NCBI GenBank assembly: GCA_964649085.1
Contig: CAZYPN010000003.1
Location: 139,076-203,075 of the forward strand
DNA length: 64,000 nucleotides
Direction: 5' to 3'
From: an uncultured Burkholderiales bacterium
GTDB lineage: Bacteria; Vulcanimicrobiota; Xenobia; Xenobiales; JADMJV01
Part shown: positions 47,222 through 56,034 of the stretch, piece after piece
How the letters are laid out: each line of letters begins with the position of its first letter
Numbering within the stretch: the first letter of the stretch is position 1
Notes under the pieces: generated by a model
Database searches by the model: none
What the model saw: the letters and a program-made list of their open reading frames with translations, nothing else
What the model was told of the DNA's origin: nothing
Program-made: the position numbers and the translations under genes

Positions 47222-48313
47222 TTAGTCGCAGCTCTCCAGGAAGCGGGTCAGCCAGTAAAAGGTCAGTCGATGGTTGGGTAGCCCCAGATGGCGTCCGTGC
47301 ACCTCTCGTCCCCCGGGACCTCGTCCGCTAAAAGCGGGCACGGTTCCGTCGCCTCCGCTGTTGTCCAGGTCGTAGGCCTGACCGAAGAGTGTAAACACCG
47401 AGACTTCCAGCGTGATATCCACCCGCGAAGGCGTGGGAAATCCCGCCGAGTATAGATTCAAGTAGACCGTCCCTGGCATGCGCGAGCCCAGCTGGTCCTT
47501 CAGGTCCATGGCACTGGCCACGGCCGGTTGCAGCTCCTCGGGAAAGGCCGTAGACGGGTCCTGGCAATAGGCTTCCTGCCAGCTGTGAGCCTGCATCCGC
47601 TGTCCGTCGGGAAAGCTCCGTCGCCCCACCGGAGCCCACCCCTGGGAAAAGGCGTAGCCATCGGGCAGTAGCTCAAAGATGCTGGGCCAACTCTGAAAGC
47701 ACTGGCGCAGTGTCTGCTCGCGGCTGAGCAGCGTCTCCGGAGAAAATCGACTGATCAGGCGGTTGAGCAGCAAGTTGTCGACCAGTTGCAGTGTTTGTCC
47801 CGGGTGCAAGTTGAAATAGGCTTTGGCAGCGCCAAAGAAGGGGCAGGCAAGGTAGATGCAGCGCCGCAGCGGAGCCCCAAAGATCAGCCCGGCAACCCGA
47901 GTGACCAGCCCGCCCATCGAGTGGCTGAGGATGTCCACGCCCTCGCCGCCGCGTTGCCCCAAGACCTGCTGAATGAATCCCGCCAGGCGGCGGCCACTGG
48001 TGAGGTTGGATTCGGTCCAGCAATAGGAGAAGACGAATAAGTCATGGTCCATCCGGTAGCCCAGCTCCTGTTGAAGGAAGAGCAAAAGCGGTTCATATTG
48101 ACCGATGAGGGGGCCGGTCGGTATCAGTTCCCCGCGCTTCAACTCCGACAGCGGGTGAATTCGCCAGTTGCCGCTGGTGGGGTGAAAGTGAAAGGGCGGC
48201 CACACCTGTTGGCCCAGGTAGCGCCGCGCTTCAAATTCCTCGACCCTGCATAGTCCGTTGGCGGCAAAACCACCCACCAGAATCAAGGGGCGTCGAACGC
48301 CCCGCGAGAGCAC
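47222..48313 (-). CDS. Alpha/beta-hydrolase lipase/acyltransferase-like protein (LCAT/PGAP1-like)
   Basis: Nucleophile elbow ILSHSMGGLV (GxSxG). 363 aa. Confidence 0.6.
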   Translation of the reverse strand: MLSRGVRRPLILVGGFAANGLCRVEEFEARRYLGQQVWPPFHFHPTSGNWRIHPLSELKRGELIPTGPLIGQYEPLLLFLQQELGYRMDHDLFVFSYCWTESNLTSGRRLAGFIQQVLGQRGGEGVDILSHSMGGLVTRVAGLIFGAPLRRCIYLACPFFGAAKAYFNLHPGQTLQLVDNLLLNRLISRFSPETLLSREQTLRQCFQSWPSIFELLPDGYAFSQGWAPVGRRSFPDGQRMQAHSWQEAYCQDPSTAFPEELQPAVASAMDLKDQLGSRMPGTVYLNLYSAGFPTPSRVDITLEVSVFTLFGQAYDLDNSGGDGTVPAFSGRGPGGREVHGRHLGLPNHRLTFYWLTRFLESCD

Positions 48314-48400
48314 ACTGGGCTTCCAACGATGTCGCTCCTCTGGAGATCTTCCCGACCACCGACTTGCCGGACCCTGGTTGGCCTTGGTAATGGGGGTAAG

Positions 48401-48445
48401 CTAAAAACGAAGAGGCCTTACGTATCGCGAGAAGACGTAAGGCCT
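48401..48445 (-). terminator. Rho-independent terminator downstream of the EEP gene (11-bp perfect stem, 11-nt loop, T-run)
   Basis: The minus strand reads aggccttacgt-cttctcgcgat-acgtaaggcct followed by cttcgttttt. Confidence 0.7.
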
Positions 48446-48503
48446 AAAGTGGGGAGGGCGTTAGCTCCCCCTGGTCACCGGAATATCCAACGATCAGGGG
48501 TGG

Positions 48504-49493
48504 TTAAGCGTGAGGCTTGCCGCCTTTTTGCTCCGGTTTCGTGGTGACGAGCTCAGAGATGGTATCCAGCAGCGGAAGCTTTCCGCCGCCGCTCGGCGTG
48601 ATTTCGAATTCGGCCTTCACGCCCTTGTGATCAGAGCCCCAGGACTGGTAGAACCCGTCCTTGTGCAGGTTGTAGTCGAGAATCTTTGAGTTGACCAGCT
48701 TGGAGTTGTCGGCATCGTAAATCACGTGGTCGAAGTGAGCGGGCAGGTGACCCCACTTGTTCGGTTTCGGGTTGGCCGGCCAAGTCTTACGGTCCTCGGG
48801 GGCCAGGTGGTCGAGACTGTCACGCCAGGGGTCTTTGCCTTCCGGATCCAGCAATGCCTGAACGGATGGATCAGTGCACTCATCGTTCAGGTCGCCGGTG
48901 ACCACCCAGTGACGACCCGGAAACTCCTTCATCTCTGCCGTGACGATATCGCGGATCGCTTTGGCTTCACTCAGGCGCTGCATATCCGAGCTGACTCCGG
49001 TTTCGGAGGTGAGTCGGGACTTGGAGTGGGTGTTATAAACGCTGACGTCGGCGATTTTGTCGCCATCGACGTCGATGTCGGCGCGGAGCAGATCACGGCT
49101 GAAGCTGGTGGTGCCGGAACCGTCGGCCAGGGGGAACTTCGTGTCCGCGTGGGACTTTACGTGAACGATAGGGTATTTCGAAATAATACCTACGTTGATG
49201 CCGCGGGTGCTGTTACCCGGCACGAGTGCCACGTGCGGGTATTTCTGGGCGAGGCCAGTGTCCTTCAGCCAACCTTTGAGCGTCTTTTCCGAGGACAGTT
49301 CCTGAAGCGACCAGGTGTCGCAATTGCCGCGGTCGATCGCCCAGCCCAGGGCTTCTTTAGAGTTCTCACTCTTCGGCCGAGTTCTGCTACCCGGTACAAT
49401 ATCTTCTTTGTTGAACATGTTGTGGGCGTTCTGGTTGCCCACCGTAAACCTGACGGTACTGCCTGCGGTTGCTACCATTTTCTTGAGCCTCAC
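48504..49493 (-). CDS. Endonuclease/exonuclease/phosphatase (EEP) family protein
   Basis: WVVTGDLND...SDHKGV are the EEP catalytic Asp/His motifs. It is Lys-rich with noticeably lower GC than its neighbours. Confidence 0.65.
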   Translation of the reverse strand: MRLKKMVATAGSTVRFTVGNQNAHNMFNKEDIVPGSRTRPKSENSKEALGWAIDRGNCDTWSLQELSSEKTLKGWLKDTGLAQKYPHVALVPGNSTRGINVGIISKYPIVHVKSHADTKFPLADGSGTTSFSRDLLRADIDVDGDKIADVSVYNTHSKSRLTSETGVSSDMQRLSEAKAIRDIVTAEMKEFPGRHWVVTGDLNDECTDPSVQALLDPEGKDPWRDSLDHLAPEDRKTWPANPKPNKWGHLPAHFDHVIYDADNSKLVNSKILDYNLHKDGFYQSWGSDHKGVKAEFEITPSGGGKLPLLDTISELVTTKPEQKGGKPHA

Positions 49494-49534
49494 CTTCGTT
49501 CGATGTCATCACCTTAGCACTGGCACCCGGGACA

Positions 49535-49579
49535 AAAGTGGAAAAAATGTTAATAGCCCGCACTTGGCGGGCTATTAAC
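49535..49579 (-). terminator. Perfect 13-bp inverted repeat (GTTAATAGCCCGC-acttg-GCGGGCTATTAAC) followed on the minus strand by ATTTTTT; a terminator/attenuator or operator upstream of the EEP gene
   Basis: Seen directly in sequence. It lies 55-85 nt upstream of the EEP start and ~470 nt downstream of the sulfotransferase stop. Confidence 0.5.
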
Positions 49580-50045
49580 AAGTTGGTCGCCTCGAGTTGA
49601 CAAAGGGACCGTTATGGTCCAGGGTTTAGACTCTGGCGGCGGTCTTCAACGAGGAGTTGAGCGTCGATGAGCACATCCCGTTGCTCTTGCGAGCGACCGT
49701 TTCCACGGGCGTGTCGGCCATCACGTAAGTAAAGATCTTTGAGCCAGGCCCGCAAAGACAAGAATCACAAGCCTCAGGTTACGGTTACCAGCAGCGACTG
49801 GATTTTTGCGTCGCTGCCAGCACAAGCAGCGGGTGCGACCGCCGCCCAAGTCCACGGTCCCTTAGCGCCGGCCTGGGAGTCACGGGAGGGGGCGTGGTCG
49901 GGCTCAACCAGGTGCAGAACGGAGTGGCCCAGGACGATAGCCGACGGTACTCTCGGGCGCCACCGAAATGACCACCTCGGCCGCCGCCCAGCCACCTCGG
50001 CGCCGGCAGGCTCAACCGGGAAAAGGCCCGCCAATCGGCCCGAAA

Positions 50046-50705
50046 TCAAAGCTCTGGACAGTAGCCAAAGTGCTCAAACTCAAATGCAAAATCACGCCGG
50101 ATCCGCTCGGCCGTGGCCCGATCGTAGTATTCCCTCAGGGTCAGCCCCGTGGGTCGGAGCCCTGACTTGAGACGAGGCAGACGCTCGGGCTCCCAAGGCA
50201 GGTTCAGGCGCTGACAGATTCCTTGCAGGTCCGGCTCCAGGGACTCGTAGCGGATATAGGCGTCCAGGCACAGTTCCCCATCCACAGTGTACTGCCCCCG
50301 GTCCAACACCGTCCCTCCCGCCTGGACCCAGGCCCGAAAGCGCTGCACCAGCGCCGTTTGATTCATTTCCTGGGTGTCGGTTTCCCGATGCTTCCAGTGA
50401 AAAGCCGAGACGATCTTATCAAAAGGGTTGCGGATGACACAGAACTTGAAGTAACTTGACCACGTCTCTGGACCCACCATCTCGCGGAGCGCCTCCGCTG
50501 ACATGTGATTGTAGAATCGGCTGCCCTTGCTGTTGGGGCCCCGATAGCCCACGATGCCTGCCGGCGTGATCGATTCGGCGCGGTGATGGGCAAAGCTCCA
50601 GCTGCCCTCGGCGAAACACCACGGTTCGAAATACACCTCCACGGAAGTGCCGGCTGTTTTGGCCGTCTTGGTGTAGATGAATCGTCCACGGTGACTGACT
50701 AGCAC
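50046..50705 (-). CDS. Sulfotransferase family protein
   Basis: FIYTKTAKTAGTSVE (5'-PSB-like P-loop of carbohydrate sulfotransferases) and CVIRNPFDKIVSAF (3'-PB-like RNP motif). Confidence 0.6.
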   Translation of the reverse strand: MLVSHRGRFIYTKTAKTAGTSVEVYFEPWCFAEGSWSFAHHRAESITPAGIVGYRGPNSKGSRFYNHMSAEALREMVGPETWSSYFKFCVIRNPFDKIVSAFHWKHRETDTQEMNQTALVQRFRAWVQAGGTVLDRGQYTVDGELCLDAYIRYESLEPDLQGICQRLNLPWEPERLPRLKSGLRPTGLTLREYYDRATAERIRRDFAFEFEHFGYCPEL

Positions 50706-50976
50706 ACGACCACCTTTGTCCAGGCTACGAAAGCACCATTCTACGCAATCCTACTGCTCCTTTTTGCGCCCCAAACCACTCTGTAGGGGCTCGTCCGTTC
50801 ATCCTTCCAGGCGGCCATCCCGGAATTACAACTCAGAATCCCGACCATCCGAGCCTTACCACCGGACCGGGCACAAAGTGCCCGCCCCTTCGAAGAACCC
50901 AAGGGGTGCTACGATTTCCTACCTGTGTCGAAGAAACTTCAAGGACTTCTCAAGGAGGGCGCCGCAGAGACGGGGG

Positions 50977-51915
50977 ATGCGAAAGTGCCTGCTGCTGATA
51001 GGATTGTTGGTGACATTGGCAGGGGCAGACTCGTGGTCCCCGCCCAAGGGACTGGTGCAGATTCCGCTCTGGCCGCAGGGTTCCGAGGTGTTATCCCGGG
51101 GCATCGTCAAGTATGATGAGCCAACCAAATTTGTCACCAATGTTCGCATCCCCACCTACACTTTTTACAAGGCCAGGGTGGATCGGGGGGGCGCCACCAT
51201 CGTGGTCTTTCCGGGCGGTGGGCACAAGGTGCTGGCGATGGAACTCGAGGGGACCGAAGTTTGCGACTACTTTTCCAGGTCCGGCGTCAACTGCGTGTTG
51301 GTGAAGTATCGGGTGCCCTATTCTGGATGTTACTACGATAACAAGCAGCGCAAGAACGTGACCCCCGAAGTGCCCATGGCCCTGCAGGACGCCCAGCGCG
51401 CTATTTCTATCATTCGCTCCAGAGCCAACGAGCTTGGCATTCATCCCGGCAGGATTGGGGTGATGGGATTCTCGGCGGGCGGCAATGTAGCTGTGCTCGC
51501 CAGCACGCGATTTCGCCAGCGCTCTTATACCCCTATCGACGAGGTCGACCGAGTGAGCTGCCGGCCGGACTTCGCCGTGCCCTGCTACCCGGGACACATG
51601 GTGATGACCCATAAGAACAAGCAGCCGTGGGAGACCGCTCACCTGGAGCTCAACATCGATATTCCTATCTCCAAGAGCATCCCGCCGACCTTTTTGGTGC
51701 ATGCTCAAGACGATCCCGTCGACCCCTACTACTACTCTGAAGTCTACGCTCGCGAATTGAAGAAGGTCGGTGTTCCCTATCGGCTCAGGGGCTACCGGCA
51801 AGGTGGTCACGCCTTCGGAGTGCGCAAGAAGGGAGTGGACTCCGACACCTGGCCTGAGGATGTGCTTCACTGGCTGGTGGGGTTGGGGATGGTTCGGGGG
51901 AATGGTGGCCCTTAA
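50977..51915 (+). CDS. Secreted alpha/beta-hydrolase esterase/lipase
   Basis: Signal peptide MRKCLLLIGLLVTLAGA. VVFPGGGH (oxyanion HGG-like) and GVMGFSAGGN (GxSxG). Confidence 0.7.
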   Translation: MRKCLLLIGLLVTLAGADSWSPPKGLVQIPLWPQGSEVLSRGIVKYDEPTKFVTNVRIPTYTFYKARVDRGGATIVVFPGGGHKVLAMELEGTEVCDYFSRSGVNCVLVKYRVPYSGCYYDNKQRKNVTPEVPMALQDAQRAISIIRSRANELGIHPGRIGVMGFSAGGNVAVLASTRFRQRSYTPIDEVDRVSCRPDFAVPCYPGHMVMTHKNKQPWETAHLELNIDIPISKSIPPTFLVHAQDDPVDPYYYSEVYARELKKVGVPYRLRGYRQGGHAFGVRKKGVDSDTWPEDVLHWLVGLGMVRGNGGP

Positions 51916-52350
51916 CGGAGCTCAAAGAACCTTCGATACCAATTCTCAAAGGTTCTGTCTTGATTGGCCGCCTTGTAACCCGACTTCATCAGGGTTAGCC
52001 CGCAATCAAGCCCCGCGGGGTCTCGTCTGGGCCTGGAACCTGACGGGGCTGGCTCTGCTGGTCAATGTGGCGGGGTGGCCATTCTCTCGATGCCAGGGCC
52101 CTTGCGCCACTTCATGAACGAGCCCGCCAATGTCTGGGTTGGTTTTTTCCCTTTCACCTGGTTGCCCGGGGTGCTGGTGCCCTAGCGTTGGCAGGACACA
52201 TTCTGGTGGCCCGCAAGCTGCTGGCCAGAGCCTGAATCTGCCGCGCGGTCTACAGCTTGATGTCCTTGCCGACCGGGGTAAAGCTCCAGAGGAGAGGTTG
52301 CGAGAGCAGTGATATCAATGCTATCATTTTGTTTGACAGGGAGGCACACC

Positions 52351-52584
52351 ATGGCCAATTTGATTGTGCGAAACATCGATGAAGCAGTCGTGAAAGCCCT
52401 CAAAATTCGAGCGAGCCTGCGTGGTGTCAGCGCCGAAGCCGAACACCGGAGGATTTTGGAACAGGTCTTGCTCAAGCCGCCAAAGAGGTCCTTTGCCGAG
52501 GTTCTCAGGCTGATTCCCAACGTTGGCAAAGATGGCGACTTTGAACGAGTGCAGGATGACAGAGTTGCCGACGTATTTGATTGA
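52351..52584 (+). CDS. vapB: VapB/FitA-type ribbon-helix-helix antitoxin
   Basis: MANLIVRNIDEAVVKALKIRASLRGVSAEAEHRRIL (RHH). A GGGAGG RBS sits 7 nt upstream. It overlaps vapC. Confidence 0.75.
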   Translation: MANLIVRNIDEAVVKALKIRASLRGVSAEAEHRRILEQVLLKPPKRSFAEVLRLIPNVGKDGDFERVQDDRVADVFD

Positions 52585-52987
52585 TACCAACGTCATCAGC
52601 GAGCTTCGCAAAAAGGGCAAGGCAAACCCAGGAGTCAAGCGATTTTTCAAACAAAGTGTCGTCCAGGAAGCCTCCCTGTTCCTCAGCGTAATCACCGTGG
52701 GCGAACTGCGCCGAGGGGTTGAACTCATCCGCCATCGCGGCGATGAAGCGCAAGCCCTCCAGTTGGAGGCCTGGTTGCAAAACGTCATCGCCGATTACGC
52801 GGAGCATATCCTGGATTTCACCGAATCCGAAGCTCAGGTATGGGGTCGATTGCGGGTACCCCGTCACGAGAACTCTATCGATAAGCAGATCGCCGCCATC
52901 GCTCTCACGCACGGCCTGACTTTAGTAACCCGAAATGTCCATGACTTCGCCGGGACTGGGGTTCCTCTGGTTAATCCTTTCGAGTAG
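52556..52987 (+). CDS. vapC: VapC/FitB PIN-domain toxin
   Basis: YLIDTNVISEL has the first PIN Asp. Later acidic residues ...DFTESEA... and ...TRNVHDF. Confidence 0.8.
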   Translation: MTELPTYLIDTNVISELRKKGKANPGVKRFFKQSVVQEASLFLSVITVGELRRGVELIRHRGDEAQALQLEAWLQNVIADYAEHILDFTESEAQVWGRLRVPRHENSIDKQIAAIALTHGLTLVTRNVHDFAGTGVPLVNPFE

Positions 52988-53093
52988 TTCTATCGCCGTC
53001 ACCGGATAGACCAAGCCTCTGTCGAGTCTCCATTCGACGGAGAGTCTCCAAGCCGTTTGCGGTTGCGATTTCGGCCAAAGCCTTCTCCTGCTC

Positions 53094-53140
53094 AGCGGCC
53101 TGCTGACGTCAGACGAATTCCTTTGGACAAGAACGGCCAC
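53094..53140. repeat. Right copy of the ~40-nt imperfect direct repeat
   Basis: See the left copy at 37806..37850. This copy carries the perfect palindrome CTGACGTCAG. Confidence 0.7.
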
Positions 53141-53279
53141 GGCCGGGGCGCGGCGGCACGCTTATACTACCTGGAGGGGTCTGGGGCATAATTCCGCACG
53201 GACGCGAGCCCACGACTCCACCAGGCCACCTTTGAACGAGCAGGGCCTTCCAGGGTCGGGGTCAGTGTCGCCTGGGGCC

Positions 53280-53480
53280 ATGTGAACGTGGCCGGGGACT
53301 GCTGCGGCACTGTCCTGACTGCCGGCTGCACATGGCCGTTCCCTACTCTTGTAAAACGAGGGTTTGCCCTTCTTGTGTCAACCGTCGCGCCGAGGTGCTG
53401 GCCCACTCGCTGGCCGAGAAGTTGCCGGAAGTCGACGACCGCCACCTGGTGATCACGCTTCCCAATAGATGGGCCTGCGC
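53280..53480 (+). mobile_element. IS91-family (rolling-circle) transposase remnant; only the N-terminal zinc-binding domain survives and it is frameshifted
   Basis: MAVPYSCKTRVCPSCVNRRAEVLAHSLAEKLPEVDDRHLVITLPNRW parallels IS91 TnpA YHSCRDRHCPRCQGRRCEKWLERRRAELLPVPYFHVVFTLPHEL. An upstream C..CG sits in a different frame. Confidence 0.6.
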
Positions 53481-53626
53481 AAGCGCTTTCAGCTCAACCC
53501 CGACTGCAGCGCCAGATAGGCCGCCTCATCCAGCGGTCGTCAGCGAAAAGGACGCGCCGTGCTGGAGAACCTGACGGAAATGTTCAGGCCGGCTCAATAG
53601 GTCGGAGCGGCTCCGGTTGGTCTGCG

Positions 53627-54772
53627 TCAGTCGTGCAGTTCCATCTTCTCTGCCAACGTTTCGGCCAGGCGGTGAAAGTGAAGGATTTTGGCGCGAGTTG
53701 GATCTTGGGTCGGCAGCAGTTGCGCTTTAGCGTAGGCACGGCGCACCAGAGCCAACCCTTCACGAGCCCGAGCAGGGCCAAGGCCCATCAGGTTTACGCC
53801 GCGTTCGGTTAGGTATTGCAGCGTTTTGGGATGGTCGCCACCCAGGGCCCGCTCGGTCAGGCGCCCGGCCAGCGTCAGCACTTCCTCCACCTTTTCGTAT
53901 TCTTCCAGTTTGGAGTAAACGTCGGCGAGGCCGTGCAGCGCCGTGGCCACCTGGGGGTGATCGGCTCCCAAAATCGAGCGGCGTAGCTCCAGGCTCTCTT
54001 CCAGAAGTGCCCGGGCGTCCTCAGGATATCCCATGCGCAGGCGGACGGCACCATACTGATTCAGAATCACGGCCAGGCCCAGATCTTTCTGCCCCGAGGC
54101 CCGGGCGATTTGCAACGCCTCGCGGTAGAGCGGCTCGCAGCGGGGCACGCGATCGGTGCGCAGATAGATTCGCGCCAGATCGAGCAAGGCGGCGCCCAGC
54201 AATTCGTTGTCGGCGGGCCGCAACCGCCGCTTGGAGAGCACCTCGGCGAAGATCTCTTCGGCCATTTTAAGGTCGTTGGTCTGCTCACAGATCATCCCCA
54301 TGTTGGCCAGGGCCATGGTGGCTCCGGGATGGTCGAGAGGCAGATGCTGGCGCGCAAAATACAGCGTCTCGCCAGCAAAATCGACCACTTCCTCCGTGAC
54401 ACCCTGTTGGATTTTGAGAGTGGCCTCGGTGTTGCGCGCGGCGATCTGCGCTTCAATTTCGCCGTCCGCTTGCAAATCGCCGGACTCGCGCAGCAGTCGC
54501 TCGGCCTCGGCCTTCTGGTTGAGATTGATCAGCAACAGCCCTAGCACACGGGCCGCGCGCATACGCTCCGGATGCCCGGGAGGCAGGTACTCGAGGGCCA
54601 GAGCGTAGGCCGTGCGACCGGCCTGCGCGGCTTTGCTGATCTTGTTGGCACGCTGAAGAGTCTCGGCTTCCTCCAGGGCCTTCAGCAGTTTATCGGGGGG
54701 GCGTCTCATCCCCGGACATTCCTGATGCGGGCAGAGCCCCCCTCCGGGAATAACCGATGCCCCCCAGACCAC
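53627..54772 (-). CDS. Tetratricopeptide-repeat protein
   Basis: Multiple TPR-like A..Y/L..A repeats (ALHGLADVYSKLEEYEKV, LLDLARIYLRTDRVPRCEPLYREA, etc.). Confidence 0.7.
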   Translation of the reverse strand: MVWGASVIPGGGLCPHQECPGMRRPPDKLLKALEEAETLQRANKISKAAQAGRTAYALALEYLPPGHPERMRAARVLGLLLINLNQKAEAERLLRESGDLQADGEIEAQIAARNTEATLKIQQGVTEEVVDFAGETLYFARQHLPLDHPGATMALANMGMICEQTNDLKMAEEIFAEVLSKRRLRPADNELLGAALLDLARIYLRTDRVPRCEPLYREALQIARASGQKDLGLAVILNQYGAVRLRMGYPEDARALLEESLELRRSILGADHPQVATALHGLADVYSKLEEYEKVEEVLTLAGRLTERALGGDHPKTLQYLTERGVNLMGLGPARAREGLALVRRAYAKAQLLPTQDPTRAKILHFHRLAETLAEKMELHD

Positions 54773-55641
54773 TTAGCCTTCGGCAGCGGGTGGCTCGGGC
54801 TCGCTTTCAGCCACTGGCTCGCTCTCAGCCACGGGCTCGCTTTCAGCCTCGGGCTCGCTTTCGGCTGCGGCCTCGCTTTCCGGGGTTGGCTCACTTTCGG
54901 TGGTAGGCTCCGTCTCGGGTGCCTGAGATTCCCCCGCCCCCTCTGCCTCCCCCGACGGACTCTCGGACATATTCTCTTCGGGCGGTGCCTCGTCGCCTTT
55001 ACGAGCCTCCATCAGCCCGGATACCGTCGGCTTCTCGGCCACTTTGCTCAGAAAATCAGCCGGTAGGCTGTCGACCTTGCCTCCGAGTTTGCTCAGCGGG
55101 GTGGAGTCCTGAACGCTTTTGAGGGCATCGCCCAGGCGGGTGAGCTGGGCCGGGCTCAGGCGCGCCTCGCGCTTTTGCTCGGCGCTCATCGAGTTCCAGC
55201 GCTCCATGGCCGCGTCTTTTTGCTCCTGGGTCAGCGGCGGAACCTCTTTGCCGGTCATTTCCTCAAAGCCCTGGCGCAGCTTCTTTTCGACGATCCCGGC
55301 GATGGGGTTGAACTTGCGGTCGCCCTTGATGGCCTGCACATTGTCGGCCAGGTCGCTGGGGCCCCAGCGACCATCGGCCCCGGCCGCTCGTTTGAGGATG
55401 GGCGAGCTCTCCTTCAATTCTTCAATTTGCTCGCTGGAGAGCTTGAGAGGCGGGGCGAAATTGTCCAAAAAGCCTCCCAGCAGACTGGCCGGGGCCGTAG
55501 CACCCGCCTCCGGGGCCTGCTGGGCAAGACCATCACTCTGACCAGCTGCCGGGGTTGGCGGTGGTGCAGATTCGCCCGTCTGTGGGTTGGGGCTAAGCGC
55601 TCGGGACAGAATTGGTCCCAGACCGGAAATGGGAATGGCCA
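54773..55641 (-). CDS. Hypothetical protein with a C-terminal acidic (V/A)AESEP tandem-repeat tail
   Basis: ATG at 55641 (MAIPISG...). C-terminus ESEPTPESEAAAESEPEAESEPVAESEPVAESEPEPP, encoded by 18-nt tandem repeats. Confidence 0.5.
54790..54905. repeat. Tandem array of ~6 copies of an 18-nt unit (ggctcgctttcagccacN), in-frame in the C-terminus of the previous gene
   Basis: Seen directly in sequence. Confidence 0.8.
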
Positions 55642-56034
55642 TGAGGTCCTCCAGCTTGCAGCGAGTTCCTCCTAGCCTAGCGATGACCACCGAACTGGTT
55701 GGGCAATTGGTGTTGCCGGATTGTTGCTTAAATGTTAGCAGATCGTCAGGGGGTTTCGGCCCGATAGACTCCGGCTTCACAGGCCACTACGAACTGCTCC
55801 GTGAGGGTTTTGAGCTGTTCCCATTCGCGACGAATCTTATCCGCTTCTTCGGGCGAGATCTGTTCATCGTCGTCCATACTCCTCGAGCAGAGCTGCGTTT
55901 TCGCCAGCTGAAGTATCTGCAGCGACGGGGGCCTTTGAACGCTGAGGAATGGCAGGAGTTGCGCCGACTGGCGATCGACCCTGAGGTGGGTCCTGAGGTC
56001 GCCCAGTGGCTGGAAGAACTGAGCTGAATCAGGT

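Noticed and set aside
49580-50046. Possible genes or ncRNA in the 470-nt gap between the sulfotransferase and EEP genes (ORFs 49739..50170+, 49774..50049-)
   Set aside because: The ORFs are low-complexity, overlap the real sulfotransferase frame, and lack starts with an RBS. I found no recognisable structured-RNA signature, so the gap is left as a 3'UTR or leader.
52130-52529. Small ORFs upstream of and antisense to vapB
   Set aside because: They are short, overlap the vapB promoter and gene on the opposite strand, and have no RBS or conservation cues.
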